Shown: in pieces, positions 49,486 to 63,651 of the stretch
Position numbering within the stretch: position 1 is the first letter of the stretch
Layout: every line of letters begins with the position of its first letter
The notes under the pieces: model-generated
Databases searched by the model: none
Seen by the model: only the letters and a program-made list of their open reading frames with translations
What the model was told of the DNA's origin: nothing
Program-made: the position numbers and the translations under genes
Assembly (NCBI GenBank): GCA_010093705.1
Contig: MU006089.1
Span: 2,281,561-2,345,560 of the forward strand
Direction: 5' to 3'
From: Patellaria atrata CBS 101060
Taxonomy: Eukaryota
DNA length: 64,000 nt

Positions 49486-52400
49486 ATGGCTCGAAGACCG
49501 GCCACAGCTACAGCCACGACATCTCAGCATCCAGCATCCAACAGGCCTATGAATGGTGATAATCCACCATCTACCATAGCAGCTCAGATCGTCAACAATC
49601 ACTCAAAGGCCTCGTCAAATCAAGAACCAAAGAACCGTGAACTTTTTGGTCAATTACTGAAAGGTTATTTAGCAGATGCCTCATCTGAAGAACCTAATGT
49701 TGAACTCAATTCGAAACTTATTTCAGTTGTAGCGGAGGCTGGTTTAAAGGCTCTTCTTAGAGCAGATCCCTTTGCTCAAGATTTATCGATTCCTCAAGCA
49801 TTGAACAGCCTTTCTGTGATTGAATTGACTATCAGACGAGATCCCCAGATCCTTCTATACCGTGAGAACGATGAAATCGGTAAATCCCCCAGACCACCGA
49901 CGATACTATGGTTACTTCCAAGGTTGATGTCACTGATTGGCCTTGATCATCTTGGAACTCTTCAATCAAATGTCGAGAGCTTGATACAGACATGTCTCGC
50001 CGTTGCAAGGCAGAAACTAGACAGCCAAAGCGAGCTTTCCATAAGAATCATGTATCAGGATTGTGTAGACAGTAGGTCCTCTCGTTCCAAGCGTAATATT
50101 GTTGATTATTAATCGAATCAGGCCTTGTAAACACGTGTAAAGCTAACGTGACCAACTCATCTGGTTATCCTTCTACCTTTCGAGCCCCATTTCCTCCTCC
50201 AGGGGCCATTTCAAAGTTTTGGCCTGAAACCGAGCATTTAGTCGCCATTCCTCATGATTGCCAGATCACGATCAAATCTGTAACTCAGGCGATGAGTATA
50301 GCCATTACATTGACGCAATCGATTATTAACTTAGATGGATCAGAAAATCAAACTAATTTCTTGAAGTTCAGCAATGGCAATATCTCGGCCTGGGTTGTTG
50401 ATTGTATTTCATCGCTTTGGATGGCGTTCAAATCGCAGTGTTCAGAGGATAAGGTCTCTGACGTTATCAATAATCTGCTCTTACAATTCCTACAGATCGT
50501 TAAGACCTTTTGCTTTCCAGATATCCGCCTTGCGAGCGACTACCGGTCATCGAATGTACATTCTGTGCTTCTTGTCGAGGTTATAGCAGACATGCTGGAG
50601 ATTAGCTCAGTCTCTACTCCTCCACCATCATTTCAGCTAGAATTAGCTAGATCCCTTCTGATTCTACGAAAGTACCATAAGTTGAAAACGCCGTATATAC
50701 ACTCCTTAGTGGACGAGCGGGTAGTTCCTGTCATATCGGATATATGTATGGATAGTGCTCGCTTTGATATTCTAAGTAAAGACCTGCAGGTATGCCGATT
50801 TTCAGTTTGAATATCAGATCTCAAACTAAGGTTTTTCAGATAGTTATTTGTACGTATGTGGACTTTGAACACGATAAACAGTTATGCTCAACTTCACTTT
50901 CCGCAATAAGGAGTATCAAACTCCAGCCAAATCAATTACTTGAAGACCAAACTCTTGCAAATATCTATGATGAATTACCCAAAACTAATTCCCAGGATTC
51001 GACATTTTTGATCAACGGACTCAAGAGGCAAAGAATCTCTTCGGGAAGGCAAAACCGTATTCCAGGAAATTCCTACAGATCACTCGTATCGAATATTGCG
51101 GCATCTTTAGGGTATTCTGAAAAGGAAGATTTGAATATGCTTCACCTTAATGCTCGGTAAGATGAATTTCGTCTAATTCACCTCTATCTAACTCTCTTAG
51201 CGATTCCTTCAAAGGGCTGTCAGAAACTCAGAGAAACTCCTTTCTTGAGAAGATTCAAATACTTGCTTGCTCTGGCGCTGGTACACTGCAACCTCCCTCT
51301 GAAGAAAGATATAGAAGCACAAGAGCGTTCTGCATAACGTGTGACAACATTCCTGATGATCTACCTCTTACTCGTAAAGTATGGGACAACCCACTACAGT
51401 CAAATGATCGAACAGAGCTGCTTTCGATCCTGGAACAGCTACTCGAAACTCCTGAGTTGCAACGATCAACGAAACCAAGAGTTTTAGCAGTCATTGCATT
51501 ACGCAGGATTCTGAACCACATATCGGATCCAGGAATTTTAAATCTAGCTAACTCATCAATTGGTCAATGGTGTCTTAAATCCATGCATAGTTCGTTGAGA
51601 GAGCTTCGGATTGCTGCTGCGTAAGTTCTACACGCCCAGTTAAATCGATTGCTAATGTTTATAATCTAGCCGCACAATTCCAGTCTTTCTCCAAGATTCA
51701 GTGCCGGAGGATACTAAGAAAAAGAACCGCATTCTAGCGCTAGAATATTTCAAGACATTGTCAGAACGGAAAGAAATGGCAGAGCAAGAGACTCTTATTA
51801 TAGCTTGGGGTGAAGCTGCACGGTAAGAGTAATATTTTGAGTTAAGATTACATACTGATATTTCCTTTGAAGTGTATGTGGAAATGACGAACTAAATATT
51901 ATACTCCTGCAACTAGTAGAGTATCTGGGTCATACCAATTCGATGCTTACTGGACTTGCTTATAATGAGGTAAGTCTTCAAGATCCTTAGAAACTTTCAG
52001 AAATTTATACAGTATAGTTATCCTCACTCGCCGAACATCTCCGTGTCACTCCTTTGGAGATGCTCCAGCCCTTTTGGCGAACAATTGGAATATCAGTACT
52101 TCGGGACCTCTTTAGCCGTCCGCAGAAGGCACAGCAACTCTCTGAACTTCTTGGAATGAGCGTAAACTCTCTCTTAGGAATCTCTCTTACAGATACACTT
52201 CCGTTACTTGTGTTGATGAAAAGAAAGGATGTCTTGAAAAGGATGGCCGCCGCTCGAGGACCAAAAGCTGAAATACAGGATGTATGCATGCAGCCTCGTC
52301 GTAATTTAGCTGCAATTTTGTCTTTACTACTGCTACAGCACTCTGCATCTACGGCTGAGCTTTGTGCTATGGAGACTCTTCGCGAGATAGCACCAGCTTT

Positions 52401-55400
52401 CTCTGAGACAGACTTGCCTACACTTGTCAAGCTCGAGCCTATCCTGATAGCTTGCGAGCTTTTGAAAGCATCTGCGGATGAAGATTCGTCGAAAAAACGT
52501 AGAGTAAGGTTCAAATTTTACACTTTTATGGCCTGTATTGACAGTTGTCTGTTCTAGGTGCATCAAGCTATTCATACATTGGCCGTATTGTCTGAGCGAA
52601 AAACTAACCATTCCAAATCTTCATCAAAGTCGGAAAAGCTACTAGCAGCTTTTTTTGAGAGCCATGTACTTGGTATCATGACATATTTCTCTGAGCTCAT
52701 TGATAGCTCTAGGGAAAAACAACCAGTTTCCGAGAGACTGAGGTGTCTAGGTGCTATTGAGGAGATGATCGGCCTAGCAAAGGGCCGTGTAGGTCCTGCG
52801 CTTCCTCAGGTAAGTAGAATATCGTTTTCGACATCCGGTCAGTTTCTGACCAGAAAAAGATTCGAGCATGCTTGCAATCTGCCCTAGAAGTAAATGAGCT
52901 TAGGGATAAATCATTCTCAACATGGTCTTCCTTGTTGGCGGCACTCGAAGAAGAAGATGTGGAGCTACTAGTAGACCATACGTTCTCTATAATCGCGAAA
53001 TATTGGAATCTTTTCAGTTCGAACACTCAGGAGAACGCTTACAATACCATTGAGCGGCTCCTCAAGACGCATGAAGCATTAGTCCAGGACAAAGTAGCTA
53101 CGATACCATCGCTATCTGGAATTCCAGTAATGGCGAAATTTGAGAGCGAACTTGTACGACTTAAATCGGTTTACGATATCGGAAAGCAATTCCAAGCTTT
53201 CGCTCGCCGATGTGATGATGAAAACGCAGTGGTGGTTCACCGGGCACTCCTGGAGCTCAAGGCTTTTCTAGAATCTCATCAAAGGTTCCTCCACGAATCA
53301 GCTATCAGCCAACAACCTAACCCTGGTATTGCGGAAGTTTGCAGGTCCTTGCTCGATGTTGCAATTCGATTTCCCGAAGAGTACGGGGATATCTCTTGTT
53401 TAAATGCACAATGCCTTGGTCTAATCGGAACATTGGACCCTAACAGGATCGAAACCGCTCGGGAGAAGCAAGAGATTATGGTATTATCAGATTTTGAGAA
53501 AGCGAATGAGGTCATTGACTTCGTTGCTTTCATACTTGAACACGTACTCGTCAAGTCTTTCCACTCCGCAAGCAATGCAAAAGCTCAGGGATTCCTAGCA
53601 TATGTCATGCAAGAACTACTCAAATTCTGCGGATACAATGAATTGATGACACACAGGACGCGATCATCTCAAGGAGATCCGGAACAAGGGAGATGGATAA
53701 GGATTCCAGAGTCGGTGAGAAATACGCTTACTCCCTTTTTAAGTTCCAAATATGTCATTACCAATCCTGGTACTGCACCGTTACAGAACTATCCTATATT
53801 TTCCCCAGGAATGCAACATGGGGTTTGGCTTCGAAGCTTTGCATTCGACCTACTACAACGTGGGAAGGGAGACAACGCTCGAATGATATTTCCAGTAATT
53901 TCAAGGGTCGTCAGAGGGCATGATTTGTCGGTAGCGAGCTTTATCTTACCATTTGTTGTACTCAATGTAATTTTAGGTGGTACTGAGAAAGAAGTCGAAG
54001 ACACAAGTCAAGAACTACTAACTGTGTTAAGACAAGAAGTTGGTGATAAAACAGGAGATGATGCGGAGAATCTCAAGCAATGCATTGAAGTGAGTGCCGA
54101 TCCATGAGATGTAGGCCTGATAACTGACAACTTTGTACAGAATGTATTCCAAGTCATTGATTATATGACAAAATGGCTTCAGGAAAAGAGACGCGCCCTC
54201 ACAGATGCCCGGATGATGGCATCGCGTACTGGAATCGCATTACCCGAATTTGAAGAAGTCCGAGACGTATCTCAAATTAGCAGTGTCGAACGGATAATAC
54301 ACCAGATTCCAGCAGAAACAATTGCAAACAGAGCCGTAGAATGCGGTTCGTATGCCCGGGCACTTCTCCATTGGGAGCAGTATATCCGTCAACAAGAGGC
54401 AAAGTCACAATCTACATATGATGACTCCGTTCATGACGAACTATATTCGCGGCTACAGCGAATTTATGAGTCCATTGATGAACCGGATGGCGTAGAAGGT
54501 ATCTCTATCTATTTGCATGTGCTTGATCCACTGCAGCAAGTCCGTCAGCGTGAGAATGCTGGGAGATGGACTGCCGCACAGAGTTGGTATGAACTCGAAC
54601 TAGCGGAAAGACCCAGTGATAGAAACCTTCAAATCAAACTGCTTCAGTGTCTGAAGGAATCAGGGCAGTACGGTACGATACCATAGTGCACTGATATAAT
54701 CTGTCATATGCTTATACCTTTTTCTAGATTCGTTACTCAACTGTCTCGAAAGCTTTCCCAAATCGGGCGATGCCTATCCAAGTATAGCTATTCCATATGG
54801 TGCAGAGGCAGCCTGGGTAACCGCAAAATGGTCTTCACTAGAGAAATTCTTAGCAAATACTCCAGAAGGACAGGGACAAGATTTCAACATCGGGATAGGC
54901 AACGCGCTCTTAGATCTTCGCGCGCGCGATAAGACAAAGTTCCTCAATACTGTGTCGACGCTTCGAGAATCGGTATCTAGGCGGCTGACTTCTTCAACAA
55001 CAGCCTCAATCAAGTCTAGTCACTTTGTTCTGCTTGAATTACACGCGCTTTACGAGCTTGAGGCCATCAGCGGCTATACAGACACTGTTCAGGAGAAGCG
55101 GCTGTTACTAGAAACCCTTGATCGACGGTTAGATGCTGTTGGTGCTTTCATGTCAGAGAAACAGTACCTACTCGGTATTAGGCGTGCAACTATGCAACTA
55201 TCAAGGTAGGAGATAGCAACGCTCTTTCTTTTCTCTAGTATTGATACTCATTTCTTAGTCTCGATTTTACCGATTTTGACATTGCGTCTGCGTGGTTGAC
55301 AAGCGCAAGACTGGCACGCAAAGCAAATTTCACAGGAACTGCTTTCAATGCAGTCCTGCATGCGGCGAAACTTGGTAATAACAACTCAAAGATCGAGCAC

Positions 55401-57494
55401 GCACGACTATTATGGAAAGACGGTCACCACCGGAAGGCAATCCAGACACTTGAAGGTGCTATCGCTATAGATGCATTTGTGCCGTCAGAATCCAATAAGA
55501 GTGTCGACGATGCAACAAATAGTCGTACCGCGGAGGATATAAACCATAGCCTGCTGACAGCTAGGGCCCATCTACTACTTGCTAAATGGCTGGACAGAGC
55601 CGGTCAATCCCAATCGGGCCAAGTTATTTCGAAGTATCAACATGCGGTTAAGGCTTATAGCAGATGGGATAAAGGACATTATTACCTTGGAAGACATTAC
55701 AACAAAATTCTTGAAGCTGAGAAGGTACTTCCACCGTCGAGACAAAGTGTTGCTTTTCTTTGTGGTGAAACCGCAAAACTTGTCGTGGAAAATTACACAC
55801 GATCGATGGGATTTGGCTCAAAATACTATTACCAGACTGTCCCAAAAGTCCTAACTCTTTGGTTGGATCTTGGTGCTGAAATTGTGGAACCGCCTTCGAG
55901 AAAAAATCCTCTGGAAGTAGAGATGGCGGAACAAAAGTCGAAGAATTTGGAGTACATTCATCGCTGCCAGAAGAAGTATCTCGACAGACTTCCGGCTTTT
56001 ATTTTCTATACCGCGTTCCCCCAGATCATCACCCGCATAAGTCATCCAAACCGGCAAGTGTGGGAAATATTGTCTCAACTTATTATCAAAATCGTTTCAC
56101 ATCATCCTCAACAAGCGTTATGGAGTCTTCTAGCCGTTGTCAAGTCAAGGGACGCTTTAAGAGCGAATAGGGGTCAGAATGTGCTCAGTCGAGTCAAAGA
56201 GATTTCAAAGAAGGGCCGCGCAGACGAAATAGATCTCAAACTCTTGATATCGCATGGAGAACGTCTCACCAAGCAACTCCTACAAGCCTGCGAAGTTGGT
56301 GTCGAAGCCAGAGTCGCCCACGTCAGTTTATCGCGGGACCTAGGTTTCAACCATAAGCTTGCACCTTGCAAGCTAGTTGTGCCTATTGAAGCAACGATGG
56401 TCGCTGCCCTCCCCTCAGTTCAAGGTTCACAGCATGTCAAGAAACACAACGCGTTCCCGCGGGGGATAATAACTATCGAGTCCGTTTCAGACGATGTGCT
56501 CGTTCTCAGCTCTCTTCAGCGGCCCCGCAAGATTGTCGTCCGCGGTTCAGACGGGAAGGAGTACGGCCTCCTCTGTAAACCTAAAGACGATCTCCGGAAG
56601 GACCAGCGTCTCATGGAATTTAACGGAATGATCAACCGCGCCCTACGTCGTGACGCCGAAGCGAGCAAGCGGCAGCTCTATATCAAGACGTATGGCGTGA
56701 CCCCGTTGAACGAAGAATGCGGCACCATTGAGTGGGTCGACAATCTCAAGCCCATCCGCGATATCCTGGTGAAAATCTACCGCGCGAAGAACATCACCAT
56801 CAACTTCGAGCACGTCCGCGTGCTGTTGACAGAAGCGTGCTCAGCGCCCAGCAAACACCACCTCTTCACCACCACCATCTTGAAGCAATTCCCGCCCGTG
56901 CTTCACGAGTGGTTCACCGAGTCCTTCCCCGACCCAGATCACTGGTTCGCCGCTCGACTGAGGTACACGAGATCCTGCGCCGTCATGTCCATCGTGGGCC
57001 ACATCCTCGGGCTCGGCGACCGCCACGGCGAAAACATCCTCCTCGAGGAAGGCTCGGGGGGGACCTTCCACGTGGACTTCAACTGCCTATTCGACAAGGG
57101 TCTCACGTTCGAGAAACCGGAACTCGTTCCCTTCAGGCTCACCCACAACATGGTCGACGCCATGGGTGCGACCGGGGTCGAAGGCCCCTGGAGGTCCAGC
57201 GCCGAGATCAGCCTGCGCATCTGCAGGGAGACGAGGGATACGCTCATGACGATTCTGGAGACGTTCGTGTATGATCCCACCACGGACTTTATCGGGCGCA
57301 AGAAGAAGACTGTCCCGGGCGTGCCGGAGACGCCGCAGGAGGTGCTGGAGGGCGTCGGGAGCAAGTTGCAGGGACTGCTGAGGGGGGAGAGCGTGCCGTT
57401 GAGCGTGGAGGGGTACGTGGAGGCGCTTTTGGGGATGGCGAGGGATGAAGGACGCCTTTGTAAGATGTATATTGGGTGGTGTGCTTTTTTCTAG
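49486..57494 (+). CDS. MEC1: ATR/Mec1/Rad3 checkpoint PIKK kinase
   Basis: About 11 introns. HEAT/UME-like region, FAT domain (CGSYARALLHWEQY, IDEPDGVEGI), kinase motifs SLQRPRK, KPKDDLRKDQRLMEF, GLGDRHGENIL and HVDFNCLF, and FATC ending MYIGWCAFF*. Confidence 0.96.
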
Positions 57495-58578
57495 GGGAGG
57501 AGGATTTTCGATGTCATGAGTGTGGATTCGGCGTCGGTGATTTGGGAGTTGCATCTTCTTTTATAACTAGGTGATCAAATATGAAACTTGAATTATCAGT
57601 TGGAAACCTATTTCCTTAAATACACTTACCTTCTTCCTCTGTTCGAAATCCCATCTGCGCTAGGCATGCCACGGCGTTTTACTATCTTTTTGATTTCTTT
57701 TCTTTCGCTTTTCTCTTATTCATTACTTTAACTCTCTTTTCCTTTTTCCTCCTATCTATTTTGTCTTGCTTTTACACTATCGTTTCCTTCCCCTTTTCTC
57801 CGCGCGTTGCTTTGTTGAGATATCAGGCCAGATGTGAGTGTGAATGTGGATGCTGATCTTAGGGGTTGGAATATCAAGATATCGTTTCTCTTCTCTTTCA
57901 TTTATTACTCAATCTTTCTTCTCTCTTTCTTACTGTTTCGTCTTTCTTTTGCTCTGTGTGTATTTTCGTCTTTTGCGCGTTGATTTGTTTGTATATTGGG
58001 CTGGACATGAGAATGAGTGCTGATGATGATTATAAGATGTTGGGTGGTGTAACTGACTGGTAGGAATTTCGAATCGGGAGAGAATCAATGTGACAGGAGG
58101 GTGGCAAATACTGGCTCTTTGAAGAAGTTCATTTCCCAATCACGCGAATCGATGAAGGATAACCTAATCAAGTGAGTGAAAAGTCGAACAGATATTTCAA
58201 TCGGTAACTGAATTATGCGTTTGATTATTAAATATGTTATATTCCCAATCATCTAATACCAGGCGATCTAGAAAAGGAAGATCGAGTCGCGCTGAAGTCT
58301 ATCAACTGCTCATTTATGTCGAGTAGGCATGCAAAACATACCAGTAGCCAACAGGGCCACTCTAGAAATTTAGACAGACGTAAAGTTTTCCTCATCCATC
58401 CACAAAGTTTGCAACTCATGCAAATCAAGCCGAGTTATCGACAGAAAGTGAGATTCCTTACCCACCCCTAATCCATATTCCTTGTCATCTCTGCCCTATT
58501 CTGGTTGGGCTACCATTTATTGTCATCCATTCATCAACTATTGCCCCTATAACCCTCTTTTTGGGACACTAGGGGCAC

Positions 58579-60188
58579 CTATGCCTTGATCTCGTACTTG
58601 CGCCTGAACATGTCATCGATGTTGGTCAAATAGTACGTGCCTGGAGTGATGGTCTCTACATCACCAATCGGGCTATAGTCCTTCTTGAGATGGGCCTTCT
58701 CACGGAGATTGCACATCTGGACTATACGTTAGCAACGATGTCGCGTGATTTTTTTTTTTTTTTTTCCAATCATGAACTCGTTAACATACCTCATCATAGA
58801 CTTCAGGTTGGACAGTTCTCCTAGAATCAAGTCTGTTGTGGAGATCCATGTTCTCGACGATCTCTTTTGTGCTGCCCTTGATCTTGAAGCTGAACATGGA
58901 GCTAGCGAGACCGCTACCATAGCTGAAGAGAGCGACACGCTTGCCTTGGAGATCATCTGAGTTCACATTCGCGAGTACACTGCAGAAGCTGGCATAAACA
59001 CTGGCGCTGTACATGTTTCCGCACATAGTGGGAACCTGGATGGAAGGCTGGACGCGTGCGTTGAATCGCTTCTTGGCGAGTGCCATGAAGGTCTTCTCCA
59101 CAGACTTGTCAGTGATGGATGCTACGTAGTCGAGATCCTTAAGCTCCGCTGGGACGTCAGCGAAAATAGGGTTGGAAGGGTTTTGGAGATAGTCATTGAA
59201 AAGGAGGCGCGCATAAGATTTTGCAACGAGCTTGCATGTTGGCGCGTGGAAAGCCATGTAATCGAACCTGTCAATAGGTGATTCGAGTTCGACATGACCG
59301 TTGGTAGCAGAACCGTTGAGCTGTTTCTTTAGGGTCTCCTCGCGGATGTTGTACGCCTTGTAGCAGGCGTCCACAGCTTCTGTGTAGCACCTGATAGAGA
59401 AATGGCCGTCGACATATGGGTACTCGCTAGTCAGATCTGGCTTGTAAAAGTCGTAGGCATGCTTGATGTAAGTGCCGCGTTGTCCCGGCTCAACAACAAT
59501 TGGCGCATCTGGTGTGATGAGCATGGCTACACAGCCAGCGCCACCGGTAGGACGAGCATTTCCCTTCTTGTACAGGGCAATGTCTCCGGCAATAACGATA
59601 GCGTTACGGCCGTCCCACGCTGAGGACTCCATCCAGTTGATTGAGTTGAACAGGGCATTGGTGCCTCCGTAGCAGGCATTGACCGTGTCCACACCCTCAA
59701 CATTGTAGTTGCCAGACTCTTCGAAGAGCTGCATCAAGACTGACTTGACAGATTTCGACTTGTCCAGCATTGTCTCGGTACCGACTTCAAGTCTACCAAT
59801 AGTCCTGGGGTCGATTGAATACTTCTTTAGAAGTGAGGATAGAGCTGTGAGGGAGAGAGAGTAGATGTCTGGAGTAGTTGTCAGGATTATGACCTGGAAA
59901 GTCCTCACGGCCCTCTCGTTGTGTATATACCTTCTCTGTCATCACAGAAACTCATCTTGGTCTGACCGAGGCCAATTGTGTACTTCCCCTGACTGACGCC
60001 ATCGAACTTTTCGAGCTCTGCTTGGTCGACGCACTGTAGATAACATGTCAGGTTGCTTGTAGAGACACTTTATGGGGACTTGGGCTAAGTGCCGTGTGCT
60101 CAGGTATCCAAGACAAGAACAGACATACCTGACTTGGGAAATATATTTCAATGGCGCTGATGCCAATGTTAGAAGGACGAGAAGCCAT
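58579..60188 (-). CDS. ERG13: Hydroxymethylglutaryl-CoA synthase
   Basis: ATG 60188 ([20 protein letters not shown]), GKYTIGLGQ, catalytic [22 protein letters not shown] and FSYGSG. The last exon ends ...YEIKA*. Three introns. Confidence 0.97.
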
Positions 60189-62668
60189 TTTGAAGATGGT
60201 AGAGTGGTGAATGTACAGTTTTCCGGCGAGAGAGGATATTTAAGAGGAGTGGAACGAGGAGAGGGGCAAAGAGGAAATTGTTCGCCGCAACAGTGGTCGG
60301 TTTATGTAGTATTGGGTAGCTTGGATTGAACTGGGGGGCGGTCAAGAAGGGACCCTTGGTGATCTACCACAGTAACTGTGGCACACGCGGAGGGCTACTT
60401 TAGGGGACAAACTGCTTTTGCCACCAAGATTTTGCAAAGTTTGTGTAGAGGAGCGAAGTGAGGATGCAAGTATGAAGTTGTTAAAACAATTGGAGTTCAG
60501 TGTCAGTTCATATATGCGTATGTTTATCCCCTTGGCCTCAACAAATTCTCAATTCTCAATTCACAAAAATTTGTCTAGGCGTGCACGGTCCAAGGGGTCC
60601 AACTAGTAACTCTAGGGGTTCCTCGAGCTCGTTATCATGGACAAGGGTACTCAAAGTTTAGAACTAGTCTCAAAGGGGAATTAGACCGAGAGGCCAGTAC
60701 AACACATCAGGCGGGAAAGAGGAGGCGACCTTTTGGACTCTCCTCAAACACAAGACGGACATCAAAACAAAACGCCAAAAATTGAAGCTCCAAAGGCTCC
60801 CGTGAAGCTCGTGTGCAAAAACAGTATGATGATCCCGGAGCTTTGAGCGGTTGTACTTCAAAAAAGGCATCCCGTACCTTGCAGAAAGCGTCACTGGCTT
60901 CCTTTGGCGTGGATGATTGCGTATCCTCGCTCCGCCTCCCATCTGCCCACCTTTTGCCCTGAAACCTGCAAGGTACGTATCTTTGTGATATTTCTACAAC
61001 TTTTCTTCCTTTTCTCAATATACCAATCCAGTAAATCGACGACATTGGATGTGCTGCAGTCTACAGTCGCCGATCTCTTTTGAAACGTTCAAGTATCGAT
61101 TCGTAAGCTCTTCTAGTGTTGGCCTCATCATCTTTTCTCCTTGATAAATCTCGCTCAAGTCAATTGAATACCATTCCGTCTTCTTCGTCTATGCAATGTT
61201 ACTTGTAGTTGTAGTTGTACTTGTCCAGCACACACCTTGGTTATGACGCACGTCATTTGCTTCCAATCTCAGGGGCAATTGTACTATAGCGGAAATGGAG
61301 ATCTCGTCTCAAACCTAAGTTCGACGGATATCGGTGAATCTACAGTAAGCTTGCAGTAGAAGAGAAGTGCTCCTCGAGGCAACGTGGGGACCATCTACAA
61401 TCGCATTGAAACGATATGGGTTCGAAGACTTGAAGAAACAAGGCTTTCGAGAAAGAGTTGAGCTCTACCCACCAACCAAAGTCCCAGCGCTTCGGATCCA
61501 CTCCGTTTTACTTTTTACGGGCTCTAATGATTCTATTTATTCCATTATGAGAATGGATGGACGGGTGTTTTGTATCAGTCTTGCTTGTCGTCGTTTTCAA
61601 ATCCTGTCTGCCTAAATCGTCCAATTGTTATCGGGTCTATATCTCGCAGACTTTCCGTATTTGTGCTATGAATATATTTCAATATTTGGTGTCCATCAGT
61701 TTATGTCTCCATACGATGCACATTACCACTGGGTGGTGTGGTGAGTCTTTGTAACCTTTCTTTGATGCCAAGATTTCGGGTGCGCGTTGAGGCGTGACTT
61801 CATTCCCGTCGCGTCACCTTGCTAAGAGATACTGAAGTTCCCTTCCAAAAACTAGATTGCATATTGGTCTTCGCCATTTTTTCTGGAGATCCCAGATTAT
61901 CGTGTTAAAACCACTCCTTTGCTGAACGTTAAGCAAAGGACCAAGAAATTTCATGCGTCTAAGGCAGCATTTATATTGGGTCAGGGTCCTAAGATAGATG
62001 ATATTCCTGAGATACCATTTATAAGGCAAATTTCAACAATATTTAAGACCCATCCCTAAAATCGAAAAGTAAAACAGAACTGATATTTCGGGACCTCTCA
62101 AAATATGACCATTCTATATTTTGACAGTCTTTTGTGTTTTTGAGCCTTCTTCGGTCATTTGTTCTTTAGAGGGTGTTCCAATAAATCTCGACACCTCCTG
62201 ATATACCATCAACTAAGATAGAGGATATATCTCCTCACACGCTGCTCTCAATCATGAATTGCCATTCTGATATTTTTCGGATCTGCCGCGTTCTTGAGCA
62301 GTACAATATGTGAGAGAATTGACCGGCCATATTCGTAGATGGACTTGATTGGGGATATATAATTCATTCAGGCTCGATCTTATTCAGATCATCTTTTTCA
62401 TGGCACCATCCTTCGAACTTCTTATATATGTTTATTGAAGAATGATTATGCTTCTTATAAATACAAAGTACTTAAAGCTAGATATACATCTGCAGGGATC
62501 ATGTATCTTGACGGACAAAGTGTCAAGGTAACGGTTGTTGCATCAATTACTCATACACTATGCTGTCATTTAAACAGCCAATCGCTTTGGATTGCGAGAA
62601 CTACCAACCACACACATCCATCAAATCAGCATGGAAATAAACTCATACTGCATCCTCTTTGAAATTCG

Positions 62669-62726
62669 CTACTACTACTACTACTACTACTACTACTGCT
62701 ACTACTACTACTGCTGCTGCTACTGC
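62669..62726. repeat. Compound (CTA)n/(CTG)n trinucleotide microsatellite
   Basis: About 19 tandem CTA/CTG units read directly from the sequence. Confidence 0.95.
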
Positions 62727-63651
62727 GGAATTCTGTGCTCTGGTTAATGGCAAGAAGTGGCATACACCCCGCAGTGTATAAGAAGATAGCTCTAGTATGG
62801 CATCACCATCCCTTCTTGCCAATGCTTGGGACGACTTCATGACCACAATGAGCTTTCATGTGAGCTGTATGGAAACATTTCCTTGGGACGTTAAAGGCCA
62901 AATATGAGCGCTTTCGGCCAGGGTTCAACACGGTTGATTACGATCTTACCCCCTGATAGAACGGTAATATAATCACTCTATCGGGGATGGATTGAAAGGT
63001 CACTTTTACAGACTTTCAGTATTGCAGATGCCCCAGACGCCCAGAGGTATTCCTGGATCCAACTGCAACCAGTAGTGAGCCAGTCGAGAAGAAGTCGAAG
63101 AACTTTGACCGGGTGCGGGAGAGAAACGTGCACTTTTGAAGACATCCATCACGACAAAAGTTCGATCTGAACGGGCCGAGATATGGATATTTCGGCCTAT
63201 ACTATTACGACAGAGAGACGACAGTGACATACATGCTATGCTATTCTGATTGGAAGTGTGTTTCTCCAGTGATCAGTGTATCGGCCTCTGGTACCTCCGT
63301 ACAGAGAGGACCTTGTACCTTTAATGCAGCTGGGGAGTGAACGGGAAGTGGGAAGTGCTTCGGATCTGCGCCTCTCTTCGCCAGAACCACTCACCACCAA
63401 CTCCATCGCTCCTTTCCAAGTTTCACCTAGCCAACCTAACCTTCAACCTCCAAAAACGATCACCATTCACCAAAACCCCGTACCATACACAATCCAACCT
63501 CTGTCTTTCGCTCATTTATCTTTCGTTTCTACCTATCCAGGCCATTCTGTTCATCTACCGGATTTGTTCGTTCGCAGAGGGAAACCCGACTCTGTGGGGT
63601 CACACAGCGCCCGCTCCCGCTGTCGTCGCTAAAGGTAGAGCGTAGGGCGCG

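Noticed and set aside
11470..60188. Thiolase plus HMG-CoA synthase as a mevalonate or secondary-metabolite cluster
   Set aside because: They are ~46 kb apart, separated by unrelated housekeeping genes, and the thiolase looks degradative rather than Erg10-like.
60189..63651. Short ORFs and possible sterol-response elements in the large ERG13 upstream region
   Set aside because: The ORFs are at most ~120 aa with no motifs or splice support, and I found no unambiguous Upc2- or SREBP-type consensus by eye.
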